A stretch of 20,638 nucleotides of DNA from Thermostichus sp. DRC_bins_24 (GTDB taxonomy: Bacteria; Cyanobacteriota; Cyanobacteriia; Thermostichales; Thermostichaceae): NCBI GenBank assembly GCA_039794845.1, contig JAUQVK010000038.1, positions 1-20,638 on the forward strand, given 5' to 3'. Shown in pieces: positions 16,836-20,638 of the stretch. The position numbers and the translations under genes were made by a program. Position 1 is the stretch's first letter; each line of letters starts with the position of its first letter. The notes under the pieces were generated by a model that was not told the DNA's origin, did no database searches, and saw only the letters and a list, made by a program, of their open reading frames with translations.

Positions 16836-18068
16836 ATGGTCGAGTTTCCGTTTGCCTCAGCACCTGCTGCTGCCTGCCCAGGTTCCTCCTTTATTCTTCA
16901 GCTCGATGGCATCAGCAAAGGGTTTCCCGGTCAGCGGCAGCCTGTTCTAGATGAGATTCGGTTTCGCCTGCCTCAAGGAGACTTGCTGGGCATTGTTGGC
17001 CCATCCGGCTGTGGAAAAACAACGTTGTTGCGTACCATTGCCGGTTTTGAGCAGCCGGATAGCGGGCAGATTGTCTTGGGGGAGCGGGTTGTAGCGGGGG
17101 CTGGGCAGTGGATCCCACCGGAGCAACGGGGCGTGGGCCTGGTGTTTCAGGATTTTGCTCTGTTCCCTCATTTGGATGTGTTGGCAAATGTGATGTTTGG
17201 CCTCCGGCCCACCAAGGTGAATGGCCTCCGGCCCACCAAGGTGAATGGCCTGCGGCTGGCGGATCGCGTCTGGGGGGCTGAAGGGCAGAGCACTTCTCCA
17301 GAGGCGAAGGAACGCGCCTACGAAGTGTTGAAGTTGGTGGGGTTAGAAGCTTTTGCCCAGCGCTATCCTCACGAGCTTTCGGGCGGGCAACAACAGCGGG
17401 TGGCTCTGGCCCGGGCTTTGGCCCCCAAACCCAGCCTCATCCTCTTGGATGAACCCCTCAGCAATTTGGATGTGCAGGTGCGCCACTACCTCCGGGAAGA
17501 GATCCGAAAAATCTTGAAAGAGACCCAGACTTCTGCCATTTTTGTCACTCATGACCAAGAGGAGGCCCTTTGCCTGTCCGACTGGGTGGCGGTGATGTGT
17601 CAGGGCCGAATTGAACAATGGGGATCCCCCGAGGAGGTTTACCGGGAGCCCGCTACACGTTTCGTGGCGGAATTCATTACTCAGGCGAATTTCCTCACCT
17701 GTGAGCGACAGGATCACGGTTGGCAAGCGGGGGGGCTGCTGCAGATCCCGGCTCAGGCTTTGGGGAATCAACCGGATCCCAGCCTGCATCGGGGAGAACT
17801 TATGATTCGGCAGGAGGATTTACAGCTGTACCCCGACCCTCAGGGGAGGATCACCATTCGGGATCGACAGTTTTTGGGGCGAGAATATCGCTATTGCCTG
17901 CTCACCGATGCGGGGAAAGAGTTGCACGCCCTTACGCGGGAAGTTCTGCCCATCGGGGCACGGGTGCAAATCGCCGTCGGACAAGGTCGTCTGTTTCCCC
18001 TTGCTGAACCTCAGGGATCCCTTTCCCTGCCCAGCAACGAGATAACCCGAGAAAAAAGTGTTGCCTGA
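16836..18068 (+). CDS. futC: Fe3+/polyamine-type ABC transporter ATP-binding protein (FutC/FbpC-like)
   Basis: GPSGCGKTT, PPEQRGVGLVFQDFALFPHL, YPHELSGGQQQRVALARA, LLDEPLSNLD, VTHDQEEA and a C-terminal TOBE-like region (REYRYCL). Confidence 0.85.
   Translation: MVEFPFASAPAAACPGSSFILQLDGISKGFPGQRQPVLDEIRFRLPQGDLLGIVGPSGCGKTTLLRTIAGFEQPDSGQIVLGERVVAGAGQWIPPEQRGVGLVFQDFALFPHLDVLANVMFGLRPTKVNGLRPTKVNGLRLADRVWGAEGQSTSPEAKERAYEVLKLVGLEAFAQRYPHELSGGQQQRVALARALAPKPSLILLDEPLSNLDVQVRHYLREEIRKILKETQTSAIFVTHDQEEALCLSDWVAVMCQGRIEQWGSPEEVYREPATRFVAEFITQANFLTCERQDHGWQAGGLLQIPAQALGNQPDPSLHRGELMIRQEDLQLYPDPQGRITIRDRQFLGREYRYCLLTDAGKELHALTREVLPIGARVQIAVGQGRLFPLAEPQGSLSLPSNEITREKSVA
17198..17256 (+). repeat. 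24-bp in-frame tandem repeat (2 copies plus a partial third) inside the futC-like gene
   Basis: TGGCCTCCGGCCCACCAAGGTGAA at 17198-17221 and 17222-17245, then TGGCCTGCGGC; encodes GLRPTKVN-GLRPTKVN-GLR. Confidence 0.95.
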
Positions 18069-18107
18069 GGTTGGGGTTTGGGCCTAATTGGCATTCTTCA
18101 ACTGACT

Positions 18108-20417
18108 CTAGGCCGAGAAGGGCTGATGATGAGCCTCCTGCATCGCCTGCAGCGACAATGCAACCAAGGGATCCCCTTCATCTGTGCTCAACCCCAAGGG
18201 ATCCGTCGGCGCGCCCACTTGCCCCAAGTGCTGCCAATCGCCGGGCACCTGGGCTCCCAGATGGGCCTCCCACGCCGGTTGATGGGCTGGATCCACCGAG
18301 ACCAGTATGCGGCTGGATCCCTCCCCAAACAGCACTTGATCCCAGCGGTGGGCTTGCGGGTTTGGGATCCGGAGGGTTGCCCCCCGCCCGCCACTTAAAC
18401 AGGCTTCCGCCAAGGCCACCGCCAGTCCTCCTTCGCTGCAATCGTGGGCAGAACGGATCCACCCTTGCCGGATCCCGTATCGGCAGGCCGCTTGCACTTG
18501 CTTTTCCAATTCCAGATCAACGGGGGCAGGTCGACCGGTGACTTTTTCATGAATCGTTGCCAAGTATTCACTCCCCCCCAGGGCCATTTGGGCGGTGGAT
18601 CCCAGTAGATAAATCGCATCCCCCTGCTGTTGCCACCCTTGCCCACAGGTGCGCCGGAGATCCGGGACAAGGCCAACCATACCGATCACCGGTGTGGGGT
18701 AAATGGCCTGGGATCCGCTAGCCGTGAGGGTTTCGTTGTATAGAGATACATTTCCCCCCGTCACCGGCGTACCCAAGGCCCGACAGGCATCGGCGATCCC
18801 CCGACAGGCCAGCGCCAGTTGCCAATACACAATCGGGTTTTCTGGGTTGCCGAAGTTGAGATTATCGGTAATCGCCAAGGGATCCGCCCCCACACAGGAG
18901 AGGTTACGGGCGGCTTCGGCTACGACAGCTTTCGCCCCTTCGTAGGGATCCAGATAGACCCAGCGCCCATTGCCATCCACGGTAGCGGCCACCCCCTTCC
19001 GGGAAGACTGGAGCGGCGGAACTTCTCCCAGACCAAACCCTTGGGAACGAAGGCGAATCACGGCGGCATCCCCCTGCCCCGGCCAGAGGAGGGTGTTGTT
19101 TTGCACCTGATGGTCGTACTGGTGATACACCCAAGCTTTGCTGGCAATGGTGGGGCTGGCCAGGAGTTGCAGCAGCACCTGCTCCCAGCTCAGCCGTTCC
19201 GTACCCAGAAAGAGCCCTCGATGGTCACATTTCGGAAGCGTGTGGGGATCCCACCGCCAGGCCGCTTGTACATAGTCCGGCGGCTCAGACAAAACCGGGC
19301 GGGGATAAAGGGGAGTCTCTTCTGCCAAGGCCCGGGCGGGCACCCGCACCACACAGGATCCCTGATGCCAAATTTCCACCAGTGGCTCCGCCACCACCTC
19401 CCCGGCCACCGTGGCTTGCAGGCCCCAGCGATGAAAGATCTCAATCAGCTCAGCTTCTCGACCTTTTTGGGCCACAAACAACATCCGCTCCTGCGACTCC
19501 GAGAGCAAATACTCCCAGGCCTGCATACCGCTTTCCCGCACGGGCACCCGATCCAAGTCAAAGCGGATCCCAACGCCCCCCTTCGCGGCCATCTCGGAGG
19601 TGGAACAGGTGATGCCCGCTGCCCCCATATCCTGGGCCGCTACCACTGCTCCGGTTTGAAAGGCTTCCAAACAGGCTTCGATCAAGCATTTGCCCAAAAA
19701 GGGATCCCCCACTTGCACCGCCGGTCGCTCCTGTTGCGACTGTTCGCTCAGCTCGGCACTGGCAAAACTGGCCCCCCGGATCCCATCCCGCCCGGTGGTG
19801 GATCCCACATACAACACCGGGTTGCCGATCCCTTTCGCCCCCGATTTCACCACTTCGGCGGTTTCCAGCAGCCCCAGCGCCATCACATTCACCAAAGGGT
19901 TACCGGAATAGCAGGGATCCACCGCCAACTCTCCCCCCACCGTCGGCACCCCAGAGCAATTGCCGTAGTGGGCGATGCCCTCCACCACCCCCGCCAACAG
20001 CCGCCGATGGTTCGCTTGCGAGAGGGGCCCGAACCGCAACGAATTCAGCAAAGCAATGGGTCTAGCCCCCATCGTGAAAATATCCCGCAAAATGCCCCCC
20101 ACCCCCGTGGCCGCCCCCTGAAACGGCTCCACAGCAGACGGATGGTTGTGAGACTCGATCTTGAAGGCCAGCCGATCCCCATCCCCCAGATCCACCACCC
20201 CGGCATTCTCTCCCGGCCCCACCAAAATCCGCTCACCCGTCGTGGGAAAGCCCTTGAGCAGCGGGCGGGAGTTTTTGTAGCAGCAGTGCTCCGACCACAT
20301 CACCCCAAACATGGCCAGCTCATTCGGGTTGGGATCCCGTCCCAGCCGCTCCACAATCATTTGATATTCGCTGGCAGAGAGGCCGTGGGTTTTCAGCTCA
20401 GCAGGGGTGTAAGACAT
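18108..20417 (-). CDS. purL: Phosphoribosylformylglycinamidine synthase subunit PurL
   Basis: [61 protein letters not shown] and [12 protein letters not shown]. Confidence 0.97.
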   Translation of the reverse strand: MSYTPAELKTHGLSASEYQMIVERLGRDPNPNELAMFGVMWSEHCCYKNSRPLLKGFPTTGERILVGPGENAGVVDLGDGDRLAFKIESHNHPSAVEPFQGAATGVGGILRDIFTMGARPIALLNSLRFGPLSQANHRRLLAGVVEGIAHYGNCSGVPTVGGELAVDPCYSGNPLVNVMALGLLETAEVVKSGAKGIGNPVLYVGSTTGRDGIRGASFASAELSEQSQQERPAVQVGDPFLGKCLIEACLEAFQTGAVVAAQDMGAAGITCSTSEMAAKGGVGIRFDLDRVPVRESGMQAWEYLLSESQERMLFVAQKGREAELIEIFHRWGLQATVAGEVVAEPLVEIWHQGSCVVRVPARALAEETPLYPRPVLSEPPDYVQAAWRWDPHTLPKCDHRGLFLGTERLSWEQVLLQLLASPTIASKAWVYHQYDHQVQNNTLLWPGQGDAAVIRLRSQGFGLGEVPPLQSSRKGVAATVDGNGRWVYLDPYEGAKAVVAEAARNLSCVGADPLAITDNLNFGNPENPIVYWQLALACRGIADACRALGTPVTGGNVSLYNETLTASGSQAIYPTPVIGMVGLVPDLRRTCGQGWQQQGDAIYLLGSTAQMALGGSEYLATIHEKVTGRPAPVDLELEKQVQAACRYGIRQGWIRSAHDCSEGGLAVALAEACLSGGRGATLRIPNPQAHRWDQVLFGEGSSRILVSVDPAHQPAWEAHLGAQVPGDWQHLGQVGAPTDPLGLSTDEGDPLVALSLQAMQEAHHQPFSA

Positions 20418-20430
20418 GAAAAAATGAAGA

Positions 20431-20638
20431 TCACGTAAATAGGCCGGGCCCCACAAGATGAGCCTGACGCTCCTCTAGTATGCGCCGTAGGGGTGGCCAT
20501 TGATTCAAGCTGGGATCCGCTGTGATCACTTGTTCTGCCGCTTGGCGAGCCAACTCCAGCACCTCCTGATCGTCCATGAGGCTGGCTAGGGCAAAATCCG
20601 GCAAGCCCGATTGACGAGTTCCCATCATCTAGCCCGGG
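20431..20638 (-). CDS. recG: 3' end of ATP-dependent DNA helicase RecG (partial; in-frame TAG at 20631-20629)
   Basis: [34 protein letters not shown] matches the RecG C-terminal TRG-motif region GPGE.LGTRQSG. Confidence 0.85.

Larger units (their letters stand above)
655..20338. repeat. Highly iterated palindrome GGGATCCC dispersed across the window
   Basis: Perfect copies seen at 655, 1479, 3038, 3489, 4131, 5989, 6334, 7221, 8287, 8401, 10688, 11350, 11523, 17621, 18014, 18168, 19246, 19701 and 20331, plus many 7/8 matches. Confidence 0.9.

Noticed and set aside
17198..17256. CRISPR array interpretation of the 24-bp repeat
   Set aside because: The copies are directly adjacent with no spacers, lie in frame within a gene, and no cas genes are present.
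18819..20438. 539-aa ORF antisense to purL
   Set aside because: Same codon-bias shadow effect; His/Pro/Arg-rich, non-protein-like composition.
1..20638. Both window ends read CGGGC inward, suggesting adaptor or terminal inverted repeat
   Set aside because: Only 5 bp, and both ends are explained by coding sequence (tnpB R-A-M-G and recG P-G).

Overview
Cyanobacterial chromosomal DNA, most consistent with the hot-spring Synechococcus/Thermostichus group: apcD, nblB-like, pam68-rpsO, and a strongly over-represented GGGATCCC palindrome in place of HIP1 GCGATCGC. Most genes are housekeeping or common cyanobacterial genes: frr, recR-ybaB, ugpE-like permease, ubiD, pam68, rpsO, nblB, apcD, pilT, folE with an SDR, futC-like ATPase, purL and the 3' end of recG. 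Two accessory patches (about 1-2370 and 7345-11240) encode a deaminase-type amidohydrolase, one intact and one broken IPNS-like 2OG-Fe(II) oxygenase, a BMP-family binding protein and a Tat-exported NMT1/THI5-like binding protein. Three of these units have a similar NtcA-type site (GTATC-N6-[T/C]AC) 21-23 nt upstream of a -10-like hexamer, suggesting a dispersed, nitrogen-regulated pathway for scavenging heterocyclic bases or nucleosides. The deaminase leader also has an RBS-sequestering stem, a possible pseudoknot and an overlapping uORF. Other oddities are an in-frame TnpB/oxygenase chimera, a 24-bp in-frame tandem insertion in the futC-like gene, and an in-frame TAG in recG at the window edge. 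All calls come from reading the sequence by eye; no searches were run.
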